A stretch of 64,000 bases of DNA, taken from the sequence record MN794232.1. One strand, written 5' to 3'. Position numbers and translations under genes: made by a program. Below, one piece after another: positions 43,281 to 53,871 of the stretch (position 1 is its first letter; every line of letters starts with the position of its first letter). The notes under the pieces are model-generated. The model was not told where the DNA came from. It searched no databases and saw nothing but the letters and a program-made list of their open reading frames with translations.

Positions 43281-45510
43281 GTTCAAAGAAGTGACGTATA
43301 GCAATATCATGTCGGTTGGTAATACGCCGATTACGATTAAGCTAGACGAATTTAACAAAACGTTGATTACTGGCACGAATGGTGCTGGTAAATCAACGTA
43401 CATCGAGGCAATCTGTTTCGCACTGTATGGAAAACCATTCCGTAACATCAAGAAAACACAGATTGTCAATGCTGTGAACAAGAAAAAGCTATTGGTTGAA
43501 ATTACGTTTCAAGACAATAAGCACGTGTACAAGATTGTTCGCGGTATCAAACCAAACAAGTTCGAGATTTACAAAGACGATGAACTGATTCCGCAAGAAG
43601 CTGCGGTTGCTGATTACCAAGACATGCTTGAAAAGAACATCTTGAAGATGAATCTGAGCACGTTTAAGCAAATCGCTGTTCTCGGTACTGCGGGTTACAC
43701 GCCGTTTATGTTGCTTCCGGCTGCGAAACGTCGTGAAATCGTCGAAGACTTGCTTGATATTGGTATTTTCAGTGACATGGCAGCGTTAAACAAAGTCGCA
43801 CTGAAGCAACTCAATGAGCAGATCAAAGACACCGAAGCGGATATCGAACGTCGAATGGGCGAATTGAAGTTGCACATTCAGTTCCAAAAAGAACAGCAAG
43901 ATAATCGCGACGGCGATTTGGCACAGCTTGAAGCACGTAAATCAGAAGCTGAAGCTGAACTCGCACCACTTTCATTCGAAATTTCTCAACTTGAATCGCA
44001 GATCAGCGAAGATAGCAAGAAATTGCGTGACTTGAAAGAAAAATTGGCATTCGAGTTGTCTGCGGCTGAAGAAGAGCAAGCAACTGAACTGATTGCACTT
44101 GATGCTGAACATCAAGCAAACATTGAAAAGATTGAAGCTGAACAAAAAGCTGAAATCGACGCGCTAAAAGCCAAGCAAACGAGTGAGCAGAACGTCATTG
44201 ATGAACTCAATGAACAGGCTGTGTTAGATCTCGATAAAGATCATTCACAGGCTCTAATTGATTTTGACGCTGAGACTAAACTGAACACGCCGGAAGCACC
44301 GGATGCTGATGAAATTGCTGCTGACACCTCTACGGTTTTGAGCAACAAGAAAGAAATCACGAAACTCAAAGAGAATAAAGAATTCTTTGAGAAGAATGGT
44401 GACTGCGAGTGTTCGACGTGTAAGCAAACAATCTCGTCTGATTTTGCGCAAAGTGTCATTGATATGGCAGACGCACAGATCGCAACTCTGACTGAAGAGA
44501 CGAAAGTCCTGGCTGAGAAGATACGTGCAGCGCAAGCGCAATCTAAAGCACGTAGTGAGTATCTTAGCACTCGCGCTAGTGAACGTTCAGCTTTAGACGA
44601 AAAACAGCGTGCAGAGCGTTCTACGCTCATTAAAACGCAATCAACTGAACGTATGCGAGTCGTAGATGCGCAGCGTGAAGCAATGTCGAGCTTAACAAGC
44701 ACATTCAATGAGGCTCTTTCTCTATTGCGCAATACGCAATCGAAAGCTCGTTCTGAAATTGTATCGCAACATGCGACGATTAATGCTGAGTTGACGAAGA
44801 AAGGTGCGAGTGAGCGTGAAACGCTGACTGAAAACATTGGCAAATATCAAGCTGATCTAGCGAAGATTTTGGCTGATGAAAAGAACCTGACGTCCAAGAT
44901 CGCGACGATTGAATCAGATATTGCTGATGTTAAAGCAAAAGCGGCAACTGAAGACCGTACGGACTTAATCAAGAAATTGACGGCTGAAGTGCGTGATGTT
45001 AAGAAAGGCTTACAAACTGACATGCAAACTAAGCACTGTCGTACCATTGTTGGCACGTTGTTGAAAGATGACGGTGTGAAATCAATGATTGTTCGCCAAT
45101 ACATTCCGATGATCAACAAGTACATCAATGATTACTTGAAGACCATGAATGCGAACTACAACTTCGTGCTTGATGAAGAATTCAACGAGACTATCAAATC
45201 TCGTGGTCGTGATGACTTTAGTTACACGTCATTCTCTCAGGGTGAGCGTTGTCGTATCGACTTGGCATTGTTGTTTGCTTTCCGTGATTTGGTTAGCGCA
45301 CGTACTGGCTCGATGACTAACTTGTTGGTTCTTGATGAGGTATTTGATTCAGCGGCTGACTCTGACGGTGTTGATTCTATCAACCAGATTCTAAGCAGCA
45401 TTAAAGACAACGTGTTTATTATCTCACACAGCGAGAAGCACGAACAAAGCATGTTTGATAAGCATATCAAGTTTGCGAAAAAAGGCAACTTCACAAGAGA
45501 GGTCAAATGA
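43273..45510 (+). CDS. 46: Recombination ATPase gp46 (Rad50-like) with long coiled coil
   Basis: GTNGAGKS, zinc hook CSTC, FSQGE signature, LVLDEVFD, ISH. Confidence 0.96.
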   Translation: MIKFKEVTYSNIMSVGNTPITIKLDEFNKTLITGTNGAGKSTYIEAICFALYGKPFRNIKKTQIVNAVNKKKLLVEITFQDNKHVYKIVRGIKPNKFEIYKDDELIPQEAAVADYQDMLEKNILKMNLSTFKQIAVLGTAGYTPFMLLPAAKRREIVEDLLDIGIFSDMAALNKVALKQLNEQIKDTEADIERRMGELKLHIQFQKEQQDNRDGDLAQLEARKSEAEAELAPLSFEISQLESQISEDSKKLRDLKEKLAFELSAAEEEQATELIALDAEHQANIEKIEAEQKAEIDALKAKQTSEQNVIDELNEQAVLDLDKDHSQALIDFDAETKLNTPEAPDADEIAADTSTVLSNKKEITKLKENKEFFEKNGDCECSTCKQTISSDFAQSVIDMADAQIATLTEETKVLAEKIRAAQAQSKARSEYLSTRASERSALDEKQRAERSTLIKTQSTERMRVVDAQREAMSSLTSTFNEALSLLRNTQSKARSEIVSQHATINAELTKKGASERETLTENIGKYQADLAKILADEKNLTSKIATIESDIADVKAKAATEDRTDLIKKLTAEVRDVKKGLQTDMQTKHCRTIVGTLLKDDGVKSMIVRQYIPMINKYINDYLKTMNANYNFVLDEEFNETIKSRGRDDFSYTSFSQGERCRIDLALLFAFRDLVSARTGSMTNLLVLDEVFDSAADSDGVDSINQILSSIKDNVFIISHSEKHEQSMFDKHIKFAKKGNFTREVK

Positions 45511-45971
45511 AACTCGTACCGATGACGGTCGATTACAGTGAGGATATTTACACTATGTGTAAGTATCTTCTACTTAACGACACACACCCAGACTGTCCAG
45601 AAACGAAGATCGGGCGCTTTATGCTCGGTCGTGCGACTGGTCACACAACTTCGATGGTAAAGGCGGCTGAACGTCTACGTCGTGAAGACTTCAACGTTCT
45701 TGAAGTCTATTACAACGAAGCGAATCGAACGATGAATCGTCGTGGTTGGAATCATGACATGGCAACGACTTATGACAAGATCGTGCGTGACGGATTCTAT
45801 CACAACGCATTCGTAGGTCGTGGCAACGCAAACATGCCAGACATCATCTTGTTTGACACATATTCGTTTGCTGAACAACGCATTCGCGGTGTATCTACGA
45901 AAGTAGATGAATTGATGCATATTTTGCATCGTGAGTTTAAAAAGAAAACTGCGTTTTTCTTCATTCAATAG
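45507..45971 (+). CDS. Hypothetical protein, possible eroded P-loop
   Basis: GRATGHTT and DIILFD echo Walker A/B spacing. Confidence 0.65.
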   Translation: MKLVPMTVDYSEDIYTMCKYLLLNDTHPDCPETKIGRFMLGRATGHTTSMVKAAERLRREDFNVLEVYYNEANRTMNRRGWNHDMATTYDKIVRDGFYHNAFVGRGNANMPDIILFDTYSFAEQRIRGVSTKVDELMHILHREFKKKTAFFFIQ

Positions 45972-46002
45972 TGTTTAGACCGGCAAATAGCTGTGCTAAT
46001 AT
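45972..46002 (+). promoter_or_regulatory. Class II promoter for 45.2-45-44-62-regA
   Basis: TGTTTAGA, TTTAGA-17nt-TAATAT with extended TGn; -10 in loop of 12-bp stem 45986-45997/46004-46015. Confidence 0.8.
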
Positions 46003-46027
46003 GAGCGCAGCTATTGAGGAAATACAC

Positions 46028-46237
46028 ATGAACTTAGACAATCACTTATCAATGCCAGAGATAAAGCACTGGGTCATCATTGACAGCTTCACTGGCCAAG
46101 AAAAAATTCTCCCTGAGGCGCAACTGCTTGAAGCGTTTGGTCAAGAACGTTGGCAGAAAATCACTTCTGGGATTGACGACTACTTTACAGCTTACGAGTA
46201 TAACTTTGAATATACTGAACGTGGCTTTAAACTGTAA
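46028..46237 (+). CDS. Small hypothetical protein (45.2 position; start corrected)
   Basis: ATG after RBS GAGGA; the track's GTG start overlaps the promoter. Confidence 0.7.
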   Translation: MNLDNHLSMPEIKHWVIIDSFTGQEKILPEAQLLEAFGQERWQKITSGIDDYFTAYEYNFEYTERGFKL

Positions 46238-46271
46238 TTGAATACTATATCATAATTTTGAAGGTAAAAGA

Positions 46272-46937
46272 ATGAAACTTAACAAATCTACAATCGAAGT
46301 ACTGAAGAACTTTGCAGGCATCAACAACGGTATGGTTATTCATGCTGGTTCACGTATTCGAACTCAAGACAACTTGAACAAGCAAATCGCTTATGCTGAC
46401 ATCGAAGATTCGTTCCCTGTAGAATTCGCAGTGTACGATCTGGGTGAGTTTCTAAGCGCATTGAATCTACTTGACAACGCTGAACTTGATTTCCAAGAAA
46501 AATTCGTTGTTGTTACTGGCGACGGTGGCACTAAGCTGACTTTCCAATACGCAAACGCTGAGTTCGTGACTGAAGCTCCTGAAAAAGTGAACTTCCCAAC
46601 TGAATTAGACGGTGGTGCTGAATTCGACCTTAAAGGTGAAGATCTACAGCGCGTTAAGAAAGCGTCTGCGACTCTTGGTCTGTCTGACATTTGTGTACGC
46701 ACTGAAGCGGGTAGTACTGCAATCACGCTGTCAGCTACTGACGCACAAGGTTCAAGCAAGCACACGTTCGAAATCAACGTTGGCGAAGCTGATGTTGACA
46801 CTGAATTCAAATTCTTCTTCAAATCAGAGCGTTTGAACATCGTCGACCAAGACTACAAGGTTTCAATTCACCCAGCGGGTATTTCTCGATTCCTTGGTCT
46901 TTCACTTGAGTACTTCATTGCAACTGAAGCACTGTAA
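46272..46937 (+). CDS. 45: Sliding clamp gp45
   Basis: MKLNKSTIEVLKNFAGIN, AVYDLGEFL, YFIATEA. Confidence 0.96.
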   Translation: MKLNKSTIEVLKNFAGINNGMVIHAGSRIRTQDNLNKQIAYADIEDSFPVEFAVYDLGEFLSALNLLDNAELDFQEKFVVVTGDGGTKLTFQYANAEFVTEAPEKVNFPTELDGGAEFDLKGEDLQRVKKASATLGLSDICVRTEAGSTAITLSATDAQGSSKHTFEINVGEADVDTEFKFFFKSERLNIVDQDYKVSIHPAGISRFLGLSLEYFIATEAL

Positions 46938-46959
46938 GAGCTAGATTTTTGTAAGTTAC

Positions 46960-46983
46960 GGGGCGTAACAGCCCCTTTTTTTT
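46960..46983 (+). terminator. Intrinsic terminator after 45
   Basis: GGGGC-GTAACA-GCCCC plus T8. Confidence 0.8.
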
Positions 46984-47010
46984 GATTATTTTATTATGGG
47001 AAACGACTAA

Positions 47011-47967
47011 ATGGCAATTCAATCAGTAGCAAATGAACTTCTTTGGGAACAAAAGTACCGCCCGCAATCAATCAAAGATTGTGTACTACCGGAACGTGTT
47101 CGTAAACTGTTTCAGAAAATGGTAGACGACAATCAAATCCCAAACATGCTGCTATGTAGCTCTTCACCAGGTACTGGCAAGACGACTGTTGCTCGTGCAG
47201 TGCTTGCAGACATGGGTTACGAAGTTCTATTTGTTAACGCATCATCAAGCCGTGGTATTGGTCTTGTTCAAAACGACTTACCGGCATTCTGCTCAACTGT
47301 TTCATTCTCTGGTAATCCAAAAGCGGTTATTCTCGATGAGGCAGACAACTTAACTCCAGACGCTCAAAAAGCTCTACGTGGTTTGATTGAACAGTACAGC
47401 AAAAACGTTCGCTTCGTTCTGACGTGTAACTACGCTCAGAAAATCTTGACACCGATTCGCTCACGTCTGCAAGAATTTGAATTCGTGTACAACAAAGAAG
47501 AACAGCTATCTTGCGTTAAGCAAATGATTGTTCGCTCTATGCAAATCTGTAAACAAGAAGGTGTATCGGTTACTAACGCTGCTGTTCTCAAAGAGCTTGT
47601 GAAGCGTAATTACCCAGACAATCGCAAAACCATCGTTTCACTGCAAAACTACGCACGAAACGGCGTGATTGACGAGGGTATTCTGTCTGAAATCACTGCT
47701 AACGACGATATTTCTGAAATGCTAGACGCATTGAAATCGAAAGACTTCAAAACTGTGCGTAGTTTGATTCCGAAATACTCTGGTGACATTGCATCGTTTC
47801 TGCATAATCTTTACAAAGCAGCATACACGCATTTGGACGGTAATAGCATCCCTGTCTTCATTCAAATTGTCGGTGAAGCGAACAACAACGCGACCACATG
47901 TGTCGATACTGAAATTCTACTAGCGTACACATTGGTTCAGATTATGCTTGAATGTACTTTCGCATAA
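47011..47967 (+). CDS. 44: Clamp loader large subunit gp44
   Basis: WEQKYRP, SPGTGKTT, ILDEAD, LTCN, IRSR. Confidence 0.96.
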   Translation: MAIQSVANELLWEQKYRPQSIKDCVLPERVRKLFQKMVDDNQIPNMLLCSSSPGTGKTTVARAVLADMGYEVLFVNASSSRGIGLVQNDLPAFCSTVSFSGNPKAVILDEADNLTPDAQKALRGLIEQYSKNVRFVLTCNYAQKILTPIRSRLQEFEFVYNKEEQLSCVKQMIVRSMQICKQEGVSVTNAAVLKELVKRNYPDNRKTIVSLQNYARNGVIDEGILSEITANDDISEMLDALKSKDFKTVRSLIPKYSGDIASFLHNLYKAAYTHLDGNSIPVFIQIVGEANNNATTCVDTEILLAYTLVQIMLECTFA

Positions 47968-47977
47968 GGGGGGGTTG

Positions 47978-48466
47978 ATGGACATTTTTGAACTACTCGC
48001 GAAAGGTGAAGAAGCTGAGAAAGCAGCGCAGAACGAACAGGCTGAGTTCGAAGCTGAAATGAAGGCGGCGAAAGTCAAAAAACTCTCGCCATTTGACTTT
48101 CTCAATAGCTTGTACATGAAAGACTACATCATGAACGATGATGTGAAGAGTCAATATCAAGCATTCATGGTGAATCGCGGTATGTCGAATGGCATCGACA
48201 CAGTGGTTCATGCGTACATCATGGATCAAGTCGGTAGTAAACTGCCACCTGATATGCAATATGATTACTATTATCATGCAGTTCGAAAAGGTAAGCGATA
48301 CAACTCGTGGGCGAAAGAAACGAAATACGAAGCAGTTGATATGATCATGGAAATCTATCAAATCAACAAGCAAAAAGCTATTGATGTGCTTCATCGTCTG
48401 ACCGCTGATGAGCTTGAGCAGTTGACTACATGGTTTGAATCCCGAACAGGGGGCTTAACACGCTAA
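47978..48466 (+). CDS. 62: Clamp loader small subunit gp62
   Basis: SPFDFL, FMVNRGMS, QYDYYYHAVRKGKRY..WAK; synteny. Confidence 0.9.
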   Translation: MDIFELLAKGEEAEKAAQNEQAEFEAEMKAAKVKKLSPFDFLNSLYMKDYIMNDDVKSQYQAFMVNRGMSNGIDTVVHAYIMDQVGSKLPPDMQYDYYYHAVRKGKRYNSWAKETKYEAVDMIMEIYQINKQKAIDVLHRLTADELEQLTTWFESRTGGLTR

Positions 48467-48472
48467 TAAATA
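48465..48472 (+). promoter_or_regulatory. Late promoter candidate AATAAATA before regA
   Basis: One mismatch to consensus, 28 nt upstream of ATG 48501. Confidence 0.4.
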
Positions 48473-48500
48473 TGTTTTTATTATGCTGTTGAGATTAATC

Positions 48501-48881
48501 ATGGACATTATTAACAAACTTGAAATTCAATTACCAGATGACGATGCCTTTCTAAAGATTCGCGAGACTCTAACGCGAATTGGCATCGCCAATAACAAAA
48601 CAAACACTCTGTACCAGTCATGTCATATTCTTCAGAAGCGTGGCGTTTACTTTCTGGTACACTTCAAAGAGCTTTTAGCACTTGACGGTCGTTGTGTGGA
48701 AATCACTGCTGAAGACATTGAACGACGCAACAACATCGCCAAGTTACTCGAAGATTGGAACTTGTGTAAGATTGCTCACCCTGAGTCACACGAATTCACA
48801 GGTGACAATAAGTTCCGCGTGATTTCGTTCCGCGATTCTAAAAACTGGAATCTAAGGTACAAATACAAAATCGGTGGCTAA
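48501..48881 (+). CDS. regA: Translational repressor RegA
   Basis: FLKIRETLTRIGIA, LYQSCHILQKRG, HFKELLALDG, WNLRYKYKIG. Confidence 0.96.
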   Translation: MDIINKLEIQLPDDDAFLKIRETLTRIGIANNKTNTLYQSCHILQKRGVYFLVHFKELLALDGRCVEITAEDIERRNNIAKLLEDWNLCKIAHPESHEFTGDNKFRVISFRDSKNWNLRYKYKIGG

Positions 48882-48914
48882 TATGCGCAGAGAAGAAGAC
48901 TGGTTTTAATGAAT

Positions 48915-48934
48915 AAGGGGCGTTAGCCCCTTTT
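48915..48934 (+). terminator. Intrinsic terminator after regA
   Basis: AAGGGGC-GTTA-GCCCCTT-TT. Confidence 0.8.
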
Positions 48935-48950
48935 ATTTGAGGAATACACT

Positions 48951-49469
48951 ATGAACAACGAACGTTTTCAAGAACTACTACAATTCGGCGGCGAATTCGA
49001 AGCTGCTGTTGTGCCGAAGATAGCAAGAGTGTTCTGTCACGCTGACCCAGACGCAATGCTAATCAATACGGCAACATCCAAAACAGACCAGAAACATAAG
49101 CGCGGTCAACGCCTCATGTACTGTCAAGACACATCCGCAAGCTTTATGCTACCTGACGTGTTTGTTTTCACAAAAGGCAAACAATTCTGCGTAGAAATCA
49201 AATGCAAGAAACGCTTTTACCGACACACTGATGGTAAATTATATGGCGTAATCGACACCTACAAAGTTCAAGAGTATCGCGACGCAGTTCGCCACATGGG
49301 ATTTGATGGTATTTTCTATGTGTTCGGTGATGAAGAAACACGCTCGGTTTATTTCGCAAAAGACGACCCGATTGACATCAAAATCCCTGCGTTTCGCGAA
49401 TACAAAAACAAAAAAGGCGAGTTTAAAGCCTGGCTAATCGACGATTTGCACTTTTTAGGGAAATGGTAG
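48951..49469 (+). CDS. Putative PD-(D/E)xK endonuclease
   Basis: GGEFE ... LPDVFV ... VEIKCK. Confidence 0.7.
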   Translation: MNNERFQELLQFGGEFEAAVVPKIARVFCHADPDAMLINTATSKTDQKHKRGQRLMYCQDTSASFMLPDVFVFTKGKQFCVEIKCKKRFYRHTDGKLYGVIDTYKVQEYRDAVRHMGFDGIFYVFGDEETRSVYFAKDDPIDIKIPAFREYKNKKGEFKAWLIDDLHFLGKW

Positions 49470-49498
49470 TTTAGAACTGCATTTTTCTCTGATAGCAT
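49469..49498 (+). promoter_or_regulatory. Class II promoter for gene 43
   Basis: GTTTAGA, TTTAGA-17nt-TAGCAT. Confidence 0.65.
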
Positions 49499-49529
49499 AA
49501 CAGCACGTAACAACTTGTGAAGGAATAAC

Positions 49530-52082
49530 ATGACAATCTATACATCAATTGAACGAATCGGCTCTAATCTTTGCGAACGCTACATCGACGACGACGGTTT
49601 TGAGCATATGCGCAAAGTGAAATACGAACCGACGTTGTTCATTCACTGCAATGAAGAAACTGGATACAAAGACATTTACGGTCGCAACTGTCGCCCTAAG
49701 ATGTTTGACACAATGAGCGAAGCGAGTAAGTACATCAAAGACACGAAGCAGTTCAACGAAGTGCTTGGTATGGATGATTTCATCGTTACGTATATCTCAG
49801 ATGTGTATAAGCAGCGTGAATTCGATATGTCTCGCATTCGCATTGCTAACATAGATATTGAAACTCCGTCTGTGGAGTTCCCTGAAGCAGCACATGCGCC
49901 AGTGCCAATCACGTCAATTGGTCACTATGACAACATCGACGATAAATTCTACGTTTACGGTATCCCGTCAAACACTGAGTGGAAACGCGAAAGCAGCATC
50001 GTTAAGCCAGAGCTTCTAGAAAAGACTGTTTACATTCGATGTGCTACAGAAAAAGAGCTACTTGTTAAGTATCTTCAATTCTGGCGTGAGAAAACACCAG
50101 CAATCGTAACGGGTTGGAACATTGAATCGTTCGATATGCCGTACATCGTCAACCGATACAAGAATCTGTTTGGCGAGAAAGTGATGAACAGCTTGTCACC
50201 ATGGGGTAAAGTTCAAGTATCAACTACCGTCAACGACTACGGTCAAGAAATCTGTAAAGTGAATATTCTCGGCGTATCTGAACTCGATTATCTTCAACTT
50301 TACAAGAAATTCACGTATGTGACACGACCATCATATCGTCTAGATTACATCGGTGAAGTTGAGCTTGATGAGAAAAAGGTCGAGTTCGAGCAAGCTAACT
50401 ACCTTGAGTTCTATGAGCAAGATTATCAGAACTTCATTGACTACCAGATTCAAGACGTTAACTTGGTTAAGCGCCTAGATGAGAAGCTTCAGCTAATGCT
50501 TTTGACTATCTCTCTAGCGTACTATGCTGGTATCAACTATCAAACGGTATTAGGCACAATCAAGCCGTGGGATGCAATCATCTTTAACAGCTTGAAAGCT
50601 GAGAAGAAGGTTGTTCCGATGATGCGTTCTCACGAAGGTGGGCGATTCATGGGTGCGTTTGTTAAAGCGCCTCAAGTGGGTTACCATCGTGGCATTGGCT
50701 CTTTCGACTTGACATCACTATACCCGTCGATTATTCGCGAATGTAACATTTCACCAGAAACAATCGTTGGTCAGCTTGACTACGAAGGGTCTCTTGAAGA
50801 TCGTATCGACAAGATTGTTGAAGGGTTGATCACGTTCCCTGCTGATGAGTTATCAAACAGCGCGAACGGTATGCAGTATCGCAAAGACGTACGCGGTGTG
50901 ATTCCAGTTGAAATTGAGAAAGTTTTCTTCCAGCGTAAAGCGAATAAGAAGAAAGCATTCGAATACGAGCAACAAGCAATCGACATCAAGAAACAGATGG
51001 ATGAACAAGGTGAAACGCCTGAACTGCGTGCAGCGTATGAAGAAGCGAAACATCAAGCGAAGATCTACGACGTACAGCAAATGGCTCGTAAGATTCTTAT
51101 CAACTCACTCTATGGTGCGTTAGGTAACGAATACTTCCGATTCTACGACTTGCGTAACGCTGAAGCAGTAACAGCTTACGGTCAGCTTGCAATCAAGTGG
51201 GTAGCGCGTGACGTGAACATTTGGTTGAACAAAGTTTGTAAGACAACTGACAAAGACTACGTGATTTACGGTGATACCGACTCAATCTACGTTAACTTCG
51301 ATCCGTTGCTTGAACTGACAGGCATCAACAAGCTTGAGGGTGACGACTACACAGACAAATTCGCTAAAGTATGTGAGACTGTTGAAACGAAAGTTATCAA
51401 CCCGTCATACGAAGCACTTCACAAGTACATGAACACGTACGAGCGTCAAATGTTCATGGATCGTGAGGTACTGGCACGTACTGGCTTCTTTATCGCGAAA
51501 AAGCGTTATGCACTTGACGTACAAGATAACGAAGGCATTCGTAAACCGAAGCTGAAAATCATGGGTATTGAGACTCAACGTAGTTCAACACCACCACTTT
51601 GCCAAAAAGGTCTTAAAGAAGCAATTCGATTGATTCTGCAAGAAGGCGAAGCGAAGCTTCAAGAATTTGTAAAGGGGTATGAGAAAGAGTTCAAGGCAGC
51701 TCCGTATCAAGAAGTGTCATTTGTATCTAGTGCAAACAACATGAACAAATACTCTGATGATAAAGGTAATCCTGGTAAGGGATGTCCGGGTCACGTGAAA
51801 GGCGCGCTGTACTACAACAAGCTTGCTGAAGAGCACGGGTTCGACAAGATCAACGAGGGTGACAAAATCGCTGTTGTGTTCTTGACTCGAAACAAGCACG
51901 GTATTGACCGTATTGCTTACCCGTCTGGTGGCAAACTGCCTGAAGCAATCTCATACTTGATTGAACACGTTGATTACAATCGTCTGTATGAAGATAAGTT
52001 CATCAAACCGTTGAGCGCGATTTCTGAAGCAATTCAGTTCGACTACAAGAAAACAATCACATTGGAGAGTTTCTTTGGCTAA
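49530..52082 (+). CDS. 43: Family B DNA polymerase gp43
   Basis: DIET (ExoI), [40 protein letters not shown]; single uninterrupted ORF. Confidence 0.98.
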   Translation: MTIYTSIERIGSNLCERYIDDDGFEHMRKVKYEPTLFIHCNEETGYKDIYGRNCRPKMFDTMSEASKYIKDTKQFNEVLGMDDFIVTYISDVYKQREFDMSRIRIANIDIETPSVEFPEAAHAPVPITSIGHYDNIDDKFYVYGIPSNTEWKRESSIVKPELLEKTVYIRCATEKELLVKYLQFWREKTPAIVTGWNIESFDMPYIVNRYKNLFGEKVMNSLSPWGKVQVSTTVNDYGQEICKVNILGVSELDYLQLYKKFTYVTRPSYRLDYIGEVELDEKKVEFEQANYLEFYEQDYQNFIDYQIQDVNLVKRLDEKLQLMLLTISLAYYAGINYQTVLGTIKPWDAIIFNSLKAEKKVVPMMRSHEGGRFMGAFVKAPQVGYHRGIGSFDLTSLYPSIIRECNISPETIVGQLDYEGSLEDRIDKIVEGLITFPADELSNSANGMQYRKDVRGVIPVEIEKVFFQRKANKKKAFEYEQQAIDIKKQMDEQGETPELRAAYEEAKHQAKIYDVQQMARKILINSLYGALGNEYFRFYDLRNAEAVTAYGQLAIKWVARDVNIWLNKVCKTTDKDYVIYGDTDSIYVNFDPLLELTGINKLEGDDYTDKFAKVCETVETKVINPSYEALHKYMNTYERQMFMDREVLARTGFFIAKKRYALDVQDNEGIRKPKLKIMGIETQRSSTPPLCQKGLKEAIRLILQEGEAKLQEFVKGYEKEFKAAPYQEVSFVSSANNMNKYSDDKGNPGKGCPGHVKGALYYNKLAEEHGFDKINEGDKIAVVFLTRNKHGIDRIAYPSGGKLPEAISYLIEHVDYNRLYEDKFIKPLSAISEAIQFDYKKTITLESFFG

Positions 52083-52383
52083 TGTAGATAAATTTGCAAT
52101 CGGGGGCGCAGAAATGCGCCCTGAGATTGGCGACGTGTGTCGTGACCACTTTCCGACTTCGAGAAATTGGCATGAGGATTGGAACACGACTGCGATTAAT
52201 TACGTGAAATACGAGCGTGATATTCACCTCGACATTTCATCTTGGTACGTAGATGCAGAGAACAATGTTCTATCAATCACGTTGGAAAATGAAGAGCCGT
52301 CGATTCACGGGATGATTGTTCCACCTCGTGTTTGCCTTGACCTGACTAAGGTCAGAGAAATAATCACAGAAATCTTGAAATAA
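52075..52383 (+). CDS. Hypothetical protein
   Basis: 102 aa, TTG start with RBS GGAGAG. Confidence 0.6.
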   Translation: MANVDKFAIGGAEMRPEIGDVCRDHFPTSRNWHEDWNTTAINYVKYERDIHLDISSWYVDAENNVLSITLENEEPSIHGMIVPPRVCLDLTKVREIITEILK

Positions 52384-52387
52384 GACG

Positions 52388-52416
52388 TTGACAGTGTGCA
52401 TGAACTAGTGTACACT
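52388..52416 (+). promoter_or_regulatory. sigma70 promoter for rnlA embedded in an inverted repeat
   Basis: TTGACA-17nt-TACACT; arms 52391-52400/52409-52418. Confidence 0.8.
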
Positions 52417-52446
52417 GTTAAAAGACTATTTTGAGAGGAAAAGACA

Positions 52447-53592
52447 ATGACTACACAAGAACTATACAATCATTTGATGACACTGACCGACGACGCTGAA
52501 GGCAAGTTCTTCTTTGCTGATCACATTTCACCGCTCGGTGAGAAACTTCGTGTGTTTAGCTATCACATTGCGTCGTACTCTGACTGGCTGCTGCCGGGTG
52601 CTCTTGAAGCGCGTGGTATCATGTTCCAGCTTGACGAACAAGATAAGATGGTTCGTATCGTGTCTCGCCCGATGGAGAAATTCTTCAATCTGAACGAGAA
52701 TCCCTTTACGATGGATCTTGACTTGACGACTACTGTTCAGCTAATGGACAAAGCTGATGGTTCTTTAATCAGTACGTATCTGACTGGTGAGAACTTCGCG
52801 CTGAAGTCAAAAACAAGCATCTTCTCTGAGCAAGCCGTTGCAGCGAATCGCTACATCAAATTGCCAGAGAATCGCGACTTGTGGGAATTCTGTGACGACT
52901 TAACTCAAGCTGGTTGTACAGTCAACATGGAATGGTGCGCGCCAAATAACCGTATTGTTCTTGAGTATCCAGAAGCGAAGCTGGTCATCTTGAATATTCG
53001 TGACAACGAAACAGGTGATTACGTGAGCTTTGACGACATCCCGCTACCTGCGTTGATGCGTGTCAAGAAGTGGTTAGTTGATGAGTATGACCCTGAAACT
53101 GCACACGCAGACGATTTCGTTGAGAAATTGCGTGCGACTAAAGGCATCGAAGGCATGATCTTGCGCCTAGCAAACGGTCAATCGGTGAAAATCAAGACTC
53201 AGTGGTATGTCGATTTGCACTCGCAAAAAGACTCTGTGAACGTTCCGAAGAAGTTGGTGACAACTATCTTGAACAACAATCACGATGATCTGTATGCGCT
53301 GTTTGCCGACGACAAGCCGACAATCGACCGCATTCGTGAGTTCGATTCTCACGTATCGAAGACTGTATCTGCATCGTTCCACGCTGTAAGTCAGTTTTAC
53401 GTGAAAAATCGACATATGTCGCGCAAAGATTATGCAATCGCAGGTCAGAAAACACTTAAACCGTGGGAATTTGGCGTAGCAATGATCGCGTATCAGAATC
53501 AAACCGTCGAAGGCGTGTACGAAGCTTTAGTCGGTGCGTATCTGAAGCGACCAGAACTACTCATTCCTGAGAAGTATCTGAATGAGGCATAA
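52447..53592 (+). CDS. rnlA: RNA ligase 1
   Basis: EARGIMF, SRPMEKFFNLNE, KADGSL, NMEW..PNNRIV, EGMI, KIKTQWY. Confidence 0.96.
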   Translation: MTTQELYNHLMTLTDDAEGKFFFADHISPLGEKLRVFSYHIASYSDWLLPGALEARGIMFQLDEQDKMVRIVSRPMEKFFNLNENPFTMDLDLTTTVQLMDKADGSLISTYLTGENFALKSKTSIFSEQAVAANRYIKLPENRDLWEFCDDLTQAGCTVNMEWCAPNNRIVLEYPEAKLVILNIRDNETGDYVSFDDIPLPALMRVKKWLVDEYDPETAHADDFVEKLRATKGIEGMILRLANGQSVKIKTQWYVDLHSQKDSVNVPKKLVTTILNNNHDDLYALFADDKPTIDRIREFDSHVSKTVSASFHAVSQFYVKNRHMSRKDYAIAGQKTLKPWEFGVAMIAYQNQTVEGVYEALVGAYLKRPELLIPEKYLNEA

Positions 53593-53865
53593 ATGCACCA
53601 CTTTGTATTTCAAAACGGGGAGCCGATGCGAGTCGGCAACCCACAAGAGTTCATAGAAAAATTCAACAAATATTTCCTACCAGAGCTGCAAAAACGATTA
53701 GATGACGACCCGAAAACTCGCGGTGGTCGAATCGTGTATGCGGGCCCTTCTAAAACAGACACTATTCAAGGCATTGATGTTCAAATCATGGACAAAGATG
53801 GTATCGTGTCTACGTTTTACGTGAATGTCTTCACACAGACGTTCAGTCCTGTCTTCTACCAGTGA
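53593..53865 (+). CDS. Hypothetical protein
   Basis: 90 aa, RBS GAGG. Confidence 0.7.
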   Translation: MHHFVFQNGEPMRVGNPQEFIEKFNKYFLPELQKRLDDDPKTRGGRIVYAGPSKTDTIQGIDVQIMDKDGIVSTFYVNVFTQTFSPVFYQ

Positions 53866-53871
53866 TAAATA
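53864..53871 (+). promoter_or_regulatory. Late promoter candidate GATAAATA at the base of an RBS-occluding hairpin
   Basis: One mismatch to consensus; stem 53870-53880/53886-53896 contains RBS GGGAG. Confidence 0.72.

Noticed and set aside
47968-47974. G7 run before gene 62 as a phase-variation tract
   Set aside because: Intergenic, serves as the SD; too short to support slippage claims
48883-48909. Tiny ORF MRREEDWF after regA
   Set aside because: No RBS, 8 codons, no structural context suggesting a role
43273-52082. Inteins in the long gp46 or in gp43
   Set aside because: No C/S...HN-C/S/T splice junctions or LAGLIDADG motifs; the extra gp46 length is coiled coil
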